The notes: a model not told the origin generated them from the letters alone. Shown: positions 37,673 through 45,919, counted from the stretch's first letter. The stretch: 64,000 bases of DNA from a bacterium (GCA_024228555.1 JAAETI010000377.1:36379-100378); one strand, 5' to 3'. A program made the numbers and translations.

Positions 37673-38146
37673 CTATCTACCGATCGCGGCGATGGTGGCG
37701 TTTGTCAGGCTTACGTAGGCCGTCGTCGGGAGCACCACCTGCGCGCCGGTGGTGCCTGCGGAGACGGCGATTTCTTCGAAGAGCTCGGCGATTTCGTCTA
37801 GGTAGACGGGGAATGGCTTCTTGGCGCCGATGGCGGTGACTGCGCCGCGTTGGTAGCCGGTGAGTGGAAGGACCTCTTTGAGTGAGGCGAGGCGGATCTT
37901 GCGTTCGCCGTGGGCGGATGCGAGTGCTTTGAGGTCGAGTTCGGTGTTGGCGGGGATTACGGCGAAGCAGGGGCCGTTGCGTTCGCCGACGGCAACCAGA
38001 GTCTTGAAGACCTGGTCCGCGGGCATGCCGACCAGTTCGGCAACCCGTTCCGCAGTGAACTCGTCCATCGACAATGAGTACTCACGCACCTCAAAACCAA
38101 TACCAGCCTGCTCGATGATGCGAAGCGCGTTTGTCTTGGCTGCCAC
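37673..38146 (-). CDS. ybaK: Cys-tRNA(Pro)/Cys-tRNA(Cys) deacylase YbaK
   Basis: GGAGAGAGAG SD 4 nt before GTG at 38146. N-terminus VAAKTNALRIIEQAGIGFEVREY is typical. The ORF-track start at 38194 lies inside a palindrome. Confidence 0.7.
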   Translation of the reverse strand: MAAKTNALRIIEQAGIGFEVREYSLSMDEFTAERVAELVGMPADQVFKTLVAVGERNGPCFAVIPANTELDLKALASAHGERKIRLASLKEVLPLTGYQRGAVTAIGAKKPFPVYLDEIAELFEEIAVSAGTTGAQVVLPTTAYVSLTNATIAAIGR

Positions 38147-38159
38147 GCCGCTCTCTCTC

Positions 38160-38210
38160 CGTTCTTGCGTACGCAGATGCCGCATGTGCGGCATCTGCCA
38201 CGCAAGAACG
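38160..38210. repeat. ~50-bp near-perfect palindrome
   Basis: CGTTCTTGCGTAC-GCAGATGCCGCA-TG-TGCGGCATCTGC-CACGCAAGAACG. Inner arms are 12/12 bp perfect and outer arms 11/11. It lies between the M20 amidohydrolase stop and the ybaK start. Confidence 0.7.
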
Positions 38211-38230
38211 ATAGAGGGTCCGAGTCGCGT

Positions 38231-39472
38231 CTACTTGTCGATGGTGCGGAGCTCGTTCCAGCGATTGTCGGTGACGACATCGATGACTGTGTGTGCCATT
38301 GCCAGGGCACCGTCGCGGATCGCCGTATCACCAGGCGGCAGGATCGTCGCCGCAGCGAACTCCTTCTGATGGTTGACCCACGGATCACAGTCGATGCCGA
38401 TCATGGGATGGATCGAAGGCACCTCGTGGCTGACATTGCCCATGTCGGTCGAGCCCGCCGCCCCCGGGTCACGGTCGGCGCCACGACCCATCGGTCGACC
38501 CAGGGTGCTCGAGTTCGCAAGGTAGAGATCAACGAGCAGCGGATCAGAGATGAGATCGGTGTACGTGTGGCCGAGCTTCTTCAGCTCGTAGGTGCACCCA
38601 GTCGCAGTTGCGGCTGCGGCAAAGCAAGCCACAACCTTGTCGTACAACTCGGTCAGCCGTTCCTTTGTGCCGGCACGTACGTACCAGGACATCGAGGTGA
38701 AGGCTGGGATGACGTTGGGGGCCCCACCGCCGTAGGTGATCACGCCATGGACCTTATCGGTCGGGTACATCGCCTGACGGAGAGTGGAAACGTTGACGTA
38801 GGCTTGCACCGCGGCATCAAGAGCGTTGACGGCTAGTTGTGGCGCAAACGCCGCATGCGATTCCTTGCCGTGGAATTCGACATCGATATGAGCCACACCG
38901 AGGAACGCCGGGTCAACGACGTCGGTTGGGGAGGGATGGATCATCATTGAGAGAGCGGCGCCTTCGAACGCTCCATTGTTGATCAGATCGACCTTGCCGC
39001 CATACGCCTCCTCGGCGGGGGTGCCCTGGACGCGGACGCGGAAACCCATGTCCTTGGCAGCATCGGCAAGTGCGACACCGGCGCCGAGCGCAGCGGTGGC
39101 AATGATGTTGTGACCGCAGGCGTGGCCGACCTCGGGCAGCGCATCGTATTCAGCGCAAATGACGACTTCGGGTCCTTCGTTGCCTACTCTTGCGGAAAAC
39201 GCGGTCTCCAGCCCGAACGACGGATACTCGACCTCGAAGCCTTGCGCACGCAAGAACTCGACCAGTCGTGCCGATGTGTTGCGCTCCTCGAAGGCAATCT
39301 CGGGGTTGTGATACATCCAGTGTGAAATCTCTTGGAGTTCGGATTCCACCTCAGCAAATCGTTCCGCTGCGGACTGCTTGCGATCCACTTCAACCTCCGG
39401 TTGCTCGAATATGGATCCAGAGTAATCGCCCGTAACATATGCGAATCTACGTATGCGCATCGGACTATTCAC
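38231..39472 (-). CDS. M20-family amidohydrolase (M20D: aminoacylase / hippurate hydrolase / AbgB-like)
   Basis: Metal-binding motifs GHACGHN, EEAYGGK and HGKESHAA. The start may be a downstream Met (e.g. 39460), given the divergent neighbour at 39484. Confidence 0.75.
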   Translation of the reverse strand: MNSPMRIRRFAYVTGDYSGSIFEQPEVEVDRKQSAAERFAEVESELQEISHWMYHNPEIAFEERNTSARLVEFLRAQGFEVEYPSFGLETAFSARVGNEGPEVVICAEYDALPEVGHACGHNIIATAALGAGVALADAAKDMGFRVRVQGTPAEEAYGGKVDLINNGAFEGAALSMMIHPSPTDVVDPAFLGVAHIDVEFHGKESHAAFAPQLAVNALDAAVQAYVNVSTLRQAMYPTDKVHGVITYGGGAPNVIPAFTSMSWYVRAGTKERLTELYDKVVACFAAAATATGCTYELKKLGHTYTDLISDPLLVDLYLANSSTLGRPMGRGADRDPGAAGSTDMGNVSHEVPSIHPMIGIDCDPWVNHQKEFAAATILPPGDTAIRDGALAMAHTVIDVVTDNRWNELRTIDK

Positions 39473-39483
39473 AGGAGCATGAA

Positions 39484-39846
39484 GTGGGCAAGTACAAGGA
39501 CATCCTCAAGTCTCTCAACGCTGGAACGGCCGGGGTGCGAGCACAGATCCCAGCTGTCTATGAGGGTTTCGGCGCCATGTACAAAGCGGCGTATGCAGAT
39601 GGTGCCCTGTCGGCAAGGACCAAGGAACTGATGGCCGTTGGCATTGCTGTCCACGAGGGCTGCGATGGCTGTATCGCCTCGCATGTACGCAGTGCAGTAC
39701 GCAAAGGGGCGACCGCAGAGGAAATGGCGGAGACCATCGGTGTCGCCATCCAAATGGGTGGCGGACCATCGTCGATATATGCGTCACACGCCTGGGATGC
39801 GTACGAGGAGTTCGCAGAGGCAGCAGCCGCCAGAACCGCCAGCTAG
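39484..39846 (+). CDS. Carboxymuconolactone decarboxylase-family (AhpD-like) protein
   Basis: AGGAG SD 6 nt before GTG at 39484. AhpD-like CxxC motif HEGCDGCIASH. Confidence 0.7.
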   Translation: MGKYKDILKSLNAGTAGVRAQIPAVYEGFGAMYKAAYADGALSARTKELMAVGIAVHEGCDGCIASHVRSAVRKGATAEEMAETIGVAIQMGGGPSSIYASHAWDAYEEFAEAAAARTAS

Positions 39847-39891
39847 CTGTGCCGTCCAGCTAGAGGGGTCCCCTCGGTAGGCTGTGGCATC

Positions 39892-40800
39892 GTGATCGCC
39901 TCTATCTCCTATCCACCCATCCCGATCTTCGAGTTGGGGACCCTCAATCTTTCCCTGCATGGACTCTTCGCAGGACTGGGCTTTGTCGCGGGGGCCTTTT
40001 TGATGTTGCGTGAGGTGGGCAGACGCGGTTTTGACACAGACAAAGTGATGTCGGTGCTCACCTGGGCGTTGGTTGCCTCGATGCTCGGGGCCCGGCTGTT
40101 CACAGTCCCCGCTCACATGTTCGAGGACGGGTACGGGCTCTCCGATGCGATCAATATCGCAGGCGACTACTCGATCCTTGGCGGTTACGCAGGTGGGATA
40201 CTCGGGGGGCTGTTCCGCATGCGGATGCTGAAGTTGCCGGCATTGGCACTCTTGGACACCGCGGCACCCGGTCTGGCGCTTGGTGCTGTCATCGGACGTA
40301 TCGGTGACCTTGCCATCGTCGAACATCTGGGTAGCGAGACAACATTCTTCCTCGGATACACCCTCAAGCCCGGCTACGACATCTCACCACAGCACGACGT
40401 CCTGGAACGGCTTTGCGATCTGGAAGGAGTGTGTGGCACCTATCACCACACCGGTCTATACGACATGATCGGAGCGGCGGTCCTTCTCGGGTTTCTGTTC
40501 TATCTGCGCAAGAACTGGGCCGGTCCGCACTACGGCCAGATGTTCTCGATCTGGGTCATCTGGTATGGATTCCAACGCTTCCTCATCGATTTTGCTCGCC
40601 TGGAGGCAGCGCGCAACGGAACTGTGGCCGATTCTGTGATGGGTCCTTTCACCGGAAGTCAGTGGGGAGCTTTGGCCGCCGGGATCTTCGGTATTGTCTT
40701 GTTCTCCTGGTTCCGGAATACAAGCGATGTCGTGAGTGCTGAACGTGACATCGAATACGGCGCCAAACCGACAGAGCAAGCCGAAGAGGTCTCACAATGA
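39892..40800 (+). CDS. lgt: Prolipoprotein diacylglyceryl transferase paralog 1 (divergent)
   Basis: Lgt fold with 7 TM. The signature is only partial (GRIGDLAIVEHLG), and there is an extended C-terminus. Confidence 0.7.
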   Translation: MIASISYPPIPIFELGTLNLSLHGLFAGLGFVAGAFLMLREVGRRGFDTDKVMSVLTWALVASMLGARLFTVPAHMFEDGYGLSDAINIAGDYSILGGYAGGILGGLFRMRMLKLPALALLDTAAPGLALGAVIGRIGDLAIVEHLGSETTFFLGYTLKPGYDISPQHDVLERLCDLEGVCGTYHHTGLYDMIGAAVLLGFLFYLRKNWAGPHYGQMFSIWVIWYGFQRFLIDFARLEAARNGTVADSVMGPFTGSQWGALAAGIFGIVLFSWFRNTSDVVSAERDIEYGAKPTEQAEEVSQ

Positions 40801-41639
40801 TGATGATGATGACGGTGTGGGCATCGATCCCTTCCCCTCCCAGCAACACAATTGATTTGGGCCCCTTGACGATCCATTTCTACGGGATCCTCATTGGTCT
40901 CGGTGTTGTGGTTGCCGCCATCGTGACCCAACGTCGCTACGAACGCTTTGGTGGCGACCCCACCATTCTCGACAGCGTAATTCTGTGGACTGTCGTCATT
41001 GGTTTTGCCGGCGCCCGCCTTGCCTACGTTTCGACGCATACCGCTCGGTACGTTGACCGCTGGTACGCCGTCTTCTTCATCTGGGAAGGCGGGCTTGCCC
41101 TCTACGGTGGGCTGACCGCTGGCGCTCTTGCCGCCATCTACACACTCCGCAAGCGAAACGGCAGCTTCCCGATGTTCACCGATGCGGTTGCGGTCGGGTT
41201 GCCGCTGGCGCAGGCGATTGGTCGCTTTGGCAACTACTTCAACCAGGAGCTGTTCGGGACGCCGTCTACGTTGCCGTGGGCAGTCGAGATTGACCCGAGT
41301 AATCGTCCCGCCGAGTACGCCAACTTCGAGACCTTCCATCCGACCTTCCTCTATGAGGCCATGTGGAACGTCTTCATAACTGTCCCCGTGATTCTCTATC
41401 TCGAGAAGAAGGGGAAGCTGGTGCGAGGGGCATCGTTCCCTGTCTACATGATCGTCTATGGAACCGTGCGGTTCCTCACCGAGTTGTTGCGAACCGACAC
41501 GACCTTCCGGCTTCTGGGGATTTCTCGCAACGGTTACGTGTCGCTGGGCGCCATCATCGGGGGAGCGGTGTTGCTCTTCATCATCCAGAAGCGAGGCATC
41601 CCCCGCGACGTCGACGAGGACGTCGAAGTCCCGGCATAA
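40797..41639 (+). CDS. lgt: Prolipoprotein diacylglyceryl transferase paralog 2 (canonical)
   Basis: Canonical Lgt signature AIGRFGNYFNQELFG. Begins with (ATG)5 and overlaps the stop of paralog 1. Confidence 0.8.
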   Translation: MMMMMTVWASIPSPPSNTIDLGPLTIHFYGILIGLGVVVAAIVTQRRYERFGGDPTILDSVILWTVVIGFAGARLAYVSTHTARYVDRWYAVFFIWEGGLALYGGLTAGALAAIYTLRKRNGSFPMFTDAVAVGLPLAQAIGRFGNYFNQELFGTPSTLPWAVEIDPSNRPAEYANFETFHPTFLYEAMWNVFITVPVILYLEKKGKLVRGASFPVYMIVYGTVRFLTELLRTDTTFRLLGISRNGYVSLGAIIGGAVLLFIIQKRGIPRDVDEDVEVPA

Positions 41640-41750
41640 CGGCGATCAGCGCGCTCGGTATTGCTACATATGCCTGTAATCCACTTGGGCTTTTGCGATG
41701 ATGCGATGGTCGTGGGTGATCTGGGTGGGTGGTTCGCGACCGGAGACCGG

Positions 41751-42698
41751 CTAGATCTGTTCGCCGGTTGGTGGTTCCCGGCCTGTGTCGATGACCCATC
41801 CCTCGTAGCCATATTGGTCGGAGAGATGTTCTCGGAAGTCTTCCAGTTTTTGCGTGTCCGTCCAGTCAACCCAGAGCCACACCGCGTTCCAAGCAGCCGT
41901 CACCCGGTTGTTTAGCAAGCCCCATTCTTCCTTGAGAAAGTCCCAGTCGCTGTATACGGCATCGTGGATTTCGTAGAGCTCTGCGAGGGAGTACTCCACT
42001 TGCACTAATCGGTATTCGTCGGAACTGAGATCGAATCCGATACTCGCCAAGGCTGTCTCATGTTTTGCCAGATCTCCTGCGAAGCCCCAGACCATGGCAC
42101 ACTCTTCTCCCCATTGGCCGGCAAAGTCAGGCTGCACCTCAACGTAGTGATAGGCATCCCACCAAGACGGATCCTTCGAGTGGTATGGGCAAGGATTCTC
42201 AGGAGCAACCCATGGCTCGAACTCGGTCGCGGGGTATGGCTGCATCCATACGATTCCACCCGCGAGCACGGCAAGTCCGAGCACCGGTATCGACACTTTG
42301 CTTCGAGGAAACGCGATAACAACAAGCCCCGACGCAAGCAACACAAGCCCCCATGCTGCCCTGCCGATCTGGATCGATGCGATTCCCCCTACAAGGGAGG
42401 CAAGTCCGAGGGCACGGATTGACACTCTGCTCAGTGGATACCTGATGGCTACGAGTCCCAGTGCAACGAACAGGAGCCCCAATGTGGTCTCCTCGACGAT
42501 CCCGTCGTCGTTGGCGGTCATTGCGTTGCTTAGGTACTTGCCGACGCCGGTGAGTAATCCCAATCCAACCAACAGGACGCCGAAGCCACGCCGAGTGGCG
42601 CGTGTGAGCCCCTCCCGCCTCGATGGCTCCAGGGTCTCGGGGCAAGTGGTATCCGCCGATCGTGCCTCGGGCACTCCTCTCGCCACGTTGTCACTCAC
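41751..42698 (-). CDS. Hypothetical membrane protein with internally duplicated TM hairpins and a C-terminal W/Y/E-rich soluble domain
   Basis: Repeats VSIRALGLASLVGGIASIQIG and VSIPVLGLAVLAGGIVWMQ. No recognised family. Confidence 0.4.
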   Translation of the reverse strand: MSDNVARGVPEARSADTTCPETLEPSRREGLTRATRRGFGVLLVGLGLLTGVGKYLSNAMTANDDGIVEETTLGLLFVALGLVAIRYPLSRVSIRALGLASLVGGIASIQIGRAAWGLVLLASGLVVIAFPRSKVSIPVLGLAVLAGGIVWMQPYPATEFEPWVAPENPCPYHSKDPSWWDAYHYVEVQPDFAGQWGEECAMVWGFAGDLAKHETALASIGFDLSSDEYRLVQVEYSLAELYEIHDAVYSDWDFLKEEWGLLNNRVTAAWNAVWLWVDWTDTQKLEDFREHLSDQYGYEGWVIDTGREPPTGEQI

Positions 42699-43133
42699 TC
42701 TGCACCGCCAGATGATGGTATCGCTAACGAATCGGCAGAGGCCTGGTCTGGCTCTAGTCTGGCCGGCCTACAGTTGTCTCATATAGTTGTCGGCGCCGTC
42801 CCACCAAGTGACGGAGGGCCCAACAGTCGCAAGCCCGCCGATCAGCAAATCGGGTGCCATAACGATCATTTAGCCGAAGGCACTAGAACGGCACGGATGA
42901 GTGCGGGGTCTCGGATAGGCAGAGTCGTGCTCTCAGCAGATACAGCGACGGTCCTCGACGGGGGCGAAGACGTCGTGATACGTTTGCGATGTGGCGAGAC
43001 ATCGACGTGATCATTCGAGGCGACGTCTCACGAGGCGAGAGCGCCGCCTTTTGCGAGAGGAGCGACGCCTTCGTGTGCTGAGAGCGGCGTCGCGAGCTCC
43101 GCGGATTGGCCCCTGATTCCACACCGGATCGAC

Positions 43134-43158
43134 GATTCTGTCGCAATAACGAGCAGGT
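43134..43158 (+). repeat. Copy 1 of a dispersed direct repeat (core TCTGTCGCA-N2-AACGAGC)
   Basis: ATTCTGTCGCAATAACGAGCAGG. Compare copies at 44429 and 45246. Confidence 0.55.
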
Positions 43159-43199
43159 CCCTGAACCGAGCAGAGCGGCAGATCGGCGTGCCGATCCGG

Positions 43200-43445
43200 T
43201 CAGCGTGGTGTCGGCCCGGTAAGGAGTTTCACCTCACCATTCCTGCCGTCAACTATGACACTGACGTTTCCCCCGCGATGATTGGCGTAGGTCCACACTG
43301 CCCAGTCTCCATAGTGCCGGTAGACCTTGGTCGGTTCCTGCCAAGGGACTCCGCGGGCATCGCAGGTTGCCCGAGCGATGTCGAGCGCTTGGTCTCGACC
43401 GATCTCCCAACCTCGCTGGAAGAGCCAACGGCTCAACCGACTCAT
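43200..43445 (-). CDS. Small hypothetical protein, PepSY-like (weak)
   Basis: MSRLSRWLFQRGWEIGRDQALDIARATCDARGV...VIVDGRNGEV. Start placed at the internal Met; the upstream ORF-track extension is low-complexity. Confidence 0.3.
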   Translation of the reverse strand: MSRLSRWLFQRGWEIGRDQALDIARATCDARGVPWQEPTKVYRHYGDWAVWTYANHRGGNVSVIVDGRNGEVKLLTGPTPR

Positions 43446-43519
43446 CCAGCCACTGTAGACCGGAGGCCGGACCAGATCCGGTTGCCGACAGCGCACGGCA
43501 GCCGTGGCATGATGTGCCG

Positions 43520-44338
43520 ATGAACGATCTGACCTACGGGGCGATCCACGCGGCCCTCGTCGATGCCGTTCCTGAGTTCCGGCCGGAGCTTGAAGAGCAC
43601 CTGAGCGATCATGATGGCGAGGTCCTACCGCATCTACTCTTCGGCGATTTGACGCGGTTTGTGCTTGCTGCACGGGACAGAGGCGATCACGCCCTCGTTG
43701 AACGCTGCTTGGCGTTTCTGGAATCAGTCGTCAGATCACCCAGGCATAGGCTTTTGAACCTGGTGGCGGTGTCCTTCGTCGAGAATGTTGGACCCTGGCA
43801 ACCAGGTATGGCCTCGTTCATCGAGGGCTGGCCCGAAGAACTCAAACGCATCGCGACACAACAGGGGTGGGGTAGCTCACTCGACGGATACGTGCCGAGT
43901 CCGCCCGATATTGACGTATACATTCGCCTTGAAGGCCGAGACCGGGCCGTGATCGAGTCCTTCCTGGATACTTACATCACAAGCTGGAGAAGCGATGAAA
44001 CGTGGCACGACGCCGAGCCGGTTACTGATGCCTTTGCGCGGGCGTATGCCGATGCCACCTGCTCGTTCGCCCGCTACGGGGAACCAACCTCGCCTGACAT
44101 CAGCGGAGTCATCATCGCATTCGGGAGAGACGGATCGACCGTCCTTGGATTGTCCATCCATGGCGAATTCAACCCCTTCGCAGAGGAGCGAGCCATGGGT
44201 CTACTCGACGACCTCATGAACAGCTACGGCGGTTCTGAAGGGGCAGTGGTGTGGGAGCAGCCACCTCCGCTCGATCGCGACGAGTGGGTCGGGCTCGACA
44301 GACTGGGAGCCATCGTGCTGGAGCACCGCCGAACCTGA
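43520..44338 (+). CDS. Hypothetical two-domain protein (no recognised family)
   Basis: Starts at MNDLTYGAIHAALVDAVPEF. Coding-like composition. Flanked by repeat copies 1 and 2. Confidence 0.45.
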   Translation: MNDLTYGAIHAALVDAVPEFRPELEEHLSDHDGEVLPHLLFGDLTRFVLAARDRGDHALVERCLAFLESVVRSPRHRLLNLVAVSFVENVGPWQPGMASFIEGWPEELKRIATQQGWGSSLDGYVPSPPDIDVYIRLEGRDRAVIESFLDTYITSWRSDETWHDAEPVTDAFARAYADATCSFARYGEPTSPDISGVIIAFGRDGSTVLGLSIHGEFNPFAEERAMGLLDDLMNSYGGSEGAVVWEQPPPLDRDEWVGLDRLGAIVLEHRRT

Positions 44339-44428
44339 CGACCTGGTCTTGACGAGCACCGCTTTCTGCACAGCAACACTCAGTCCGCCGCCATGATGCT
44401 GCCCAGCAGATAACCACGCAGACCACCA

Positions 44429-44480
44429 ATTCTGTCGCAGGAACGAGCGATTCGTAGAGTGCTCAGTAGCGGCACGTCCG
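44429..44480 (+). repeat. Copy 2 of the dispersed direct repeat (~50 bp shared with copy 3)
   Basis: AATTCTGTCGCAGGAACGAGCGATTCGTAGAGTGCTCAGTAGCGGCACGTCC. Confidence 0.6.
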
Positions 44481-44512
44481 CGGGCGGGATGTCCAGTATT
44501 CGTCATGTCGTT

Positions 44513-44587
44513 GCTTGATCAAGCTAGGGGCGGGCTGGAATTCGAACCCCTTCCCCCTGATCTGTCGATCGGGTATGCTGACATACC
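44513..44587 (+). promoter_or_regulatory. vapB promoter/operator region with two perfect palindromes
   Basis: GCTTGATCAAGC (44513-44524) and GGTATG-CTGA-CATACC (44572-44587). The second abuts the vapB ATG at 44588. Confidence 0.5.
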
Positions 44588-44809
44588 ATGAAGCGGACTA
44601 CAGTGAAACTCCCCGACGAACTCGATGCCAAGCTACGTCACGAGGCTGAGCGGCGTGGGACAACGGTCTCTAGCCTGACCCGTGAAGCCATCGAGCACCA
44701 CCTCGGCAGCCAACAGCGTCACCTCCAAGCAGCCGGCGCAGGTCGCAGTGGACGCGAGGATATCTCCGAGCGCATTGAGGAGATCCTGGCATCCGAGGTG
44801 GCGAGATAG
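44588..44809 (+). CDS. vapB: Ribbon-helix-helix (CopG/VapB-type) antitoxin
   Basis: MKRTTVKLPDELDAKLRHEAERRGTTVSSLTREAIEHHL is the RHH signature. Confidence 0.7.
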   Translation: MKRTTVKLPDELDAKLRHEAERRGTTVSSLTREAIEHHLGSQQRHLQAAGAGRSGREDISERIEEILASEVAR

Positions 44810-45219
44810 CCACGCTGGTCGACGCTGGACCACTGTATGCCTACGTCGACGCCGACGATCGCCACCACGGCGAGTCGCTTGACCTGCTGCTCACCCACCC
44901 AGGCCCGCTGATCATCCCAACCCTCGTCATTACCGAGGTCGTCTATCTCGTTGGAAGTCGACTCGGTGCAGATGCCGAGGTCCGTTTCCTCGGGGATCTC
45001 GCTGCCGGACAGTTTGCTATCGAGCCGGTGATGGCCGGGGACTGGGTCCGTATCGCGGAGTTGGTGAGCCGGTACCGGGACCTCCCCCTCGGGTCCGTTG
45101 ACGCGTCAGTAGTTGCTGCAGCGGAGCGTCTCGTCATCACTGAGATCGCAACACTCGACCGCAGGCACTTCTCGATCGTGCGTCCCGCCCATACCCACAG
45201 CTTCGAGCTATTGCCCTGA
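44806..45219 (+). CDS. vapC: PIN-domain toxin (VapC-like) with no canonical start codon in frame
   Basis: IATLVDAGPLYAYVDADD...LIIPTLVITEVVYL...DASVVAAAERLVITEIATLDRRHFS carries the PIN acidic residues. The frame opens at 44779 but the first ATG/GTG/TTG is at 45028, so it may use ATA (44806) or CTG (44815), or it is a pseudogene. Confidence 0.5.
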   Translation: MATLVDAGPLYAYVDADDRHHGESLDLLLTHPGPLIIPTLVITEVVYLVGSRLGADAEVRFLGDLAAGQFAIEPVMAGDWVRIAELVSRYRDLPLGSVDASVVAAAERLVITEIATLDRRHFSIVRPAHTHSFELLP

Positions 45220-45245
45220 AGTAACGTCTAGCCCACAGATCGGCA

Positions 45246-45297
45246 AATCTGTCGCAGCAACGAGCGCTTCCGAGAGTGCCCGGAAACGGCACGTAGC
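45246..45297 (+). repeat. Copy 3 of the dispersed direct repeat
   Basis: AAATCTGTCGCAGCAACGAGCGCTTCCGAGAGTGCCCGGAAACGGCACGTAGCG. Confidence 0.6.
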
Positions 45298-45353
45298 GGT
45301 GCTGCGACTACTGGCAGCGGCGAAGGTCTACCACGTAGGGGTTCCATGTCGAT

Positions 45354-45374
45354 GTATTACGTATTACGATATTG
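45354..45374 (+). promoter_or_regulatory. Tandem heptamer repeat (GTATTAC x2, then GATATTG) at the brnT start
   Basis: GTATTACGTATTACGATATTG immediately precedes and overlaps the TTG start. Confidence 0.3.
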
Positions 45375-45641
45375 AGATGTGGAAATCTATTGGACAGCAC
45401 ACAACCACGGCATCGACGCACCGCCATTCTCCATGCGATCAGCAACGCCATTACCATCATCGACCTTGAGCCCGAAGCCGACCCGCCCAGAGTGCTCGCC
45501 ATTGGAGCGGACCACGCCGGGAACCTCCTTGAGATCATCCGGCTTGAACTCGCCGACAGGGCTGAGCTGGTGATCCACGCGATGCCGCTGCGTCCCTCCT
45601 TCTACGACCTGCTCCCGTTCCCCGGTGAGGAGTCACTATGA
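45372..45641 (+). CDS. brnT: BrnT-like (DUF497) ribonuclease toxin; N-terminus ambiguous
   Basis: C-terminal RVLAIGADHAGNLLEIIRLELADRAELVIHAMPLRPSFYDLL matches the DUF497 core. An N-terminal-like IYW...HGID segment appears in a different frame (GTG at 45379). Confidence 0.5.
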   Translation: MRCGNLLDSTQPRHRRTAILHAISNAITIIDLEPEADPPRVLAIGADHAGNLLEIIRLELADRAELVIHAMPLRPSFYDLLPFPGEESL

Positions 45642-45919
45642 CCGACAAGAACCTCCACCGTACCCAAAGTGGCCGCACCCTCAGCGAGGGTGAACTTGAT
45701 CGACTTGCCGTCGAGGTAGAGGAAGCCGAATACGACATCGATGCTCTCAAGACCCGGCGTCGCGGGCGTCCCCCGATGGGATCGGGACCGGCAGACGTCG
45801 TGCCGGTTCGGATCGATCCTGAGCTGAAAGCAGCGATCGAAGCACGAGCTGAAACGGACCACACCACCACCAGCGAAGTCATCCGTGAGGCAATCCGCCG
45901 CTTCCTGCATGTCGCTTGA
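45638..45919 (+). CDS. brnA: BrnA-like RHH antitoxin
   Basis: RRGRPPMGSGPADVVPVRIDPELKAAIEARAETDHTTTSEVIREAIRRFL. ATGA overlap with brnT. Confidence 0.6.
   Translation: MTDKNLHRTQSGRTLSEGELDRLAVEVEEAEYDIDALKTRRRGRPPMGSGPADVVPVRIDPELKAAIEARAETDHTTTSEVIREAIRRFLHVA

Noticed and set aside
42774-43010. 78-aa ORF in the 500-bp gap
   Set aside because: Composition and lack of SD argue against coding; the region is better explained as structured non-coding DNA.
44525-44560. tRNA-like 3' fragment (GGGGTTCGAATTCC on the minus strand resembles a T-loop)
   Set aside because: Flanking bases cannot form a T-stem or acceptor stem and no cloverleaf can be drawn; this is likely coincidence.
43134-45300. 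Integron cassette array interpretation of the thrice-repeated element
   Set aside because: No intI or attI in the window and the repeats do not show a clear attC R''-L''/L'-R' imperfect-palindrome architecture; kept only as a possibility in the findings.
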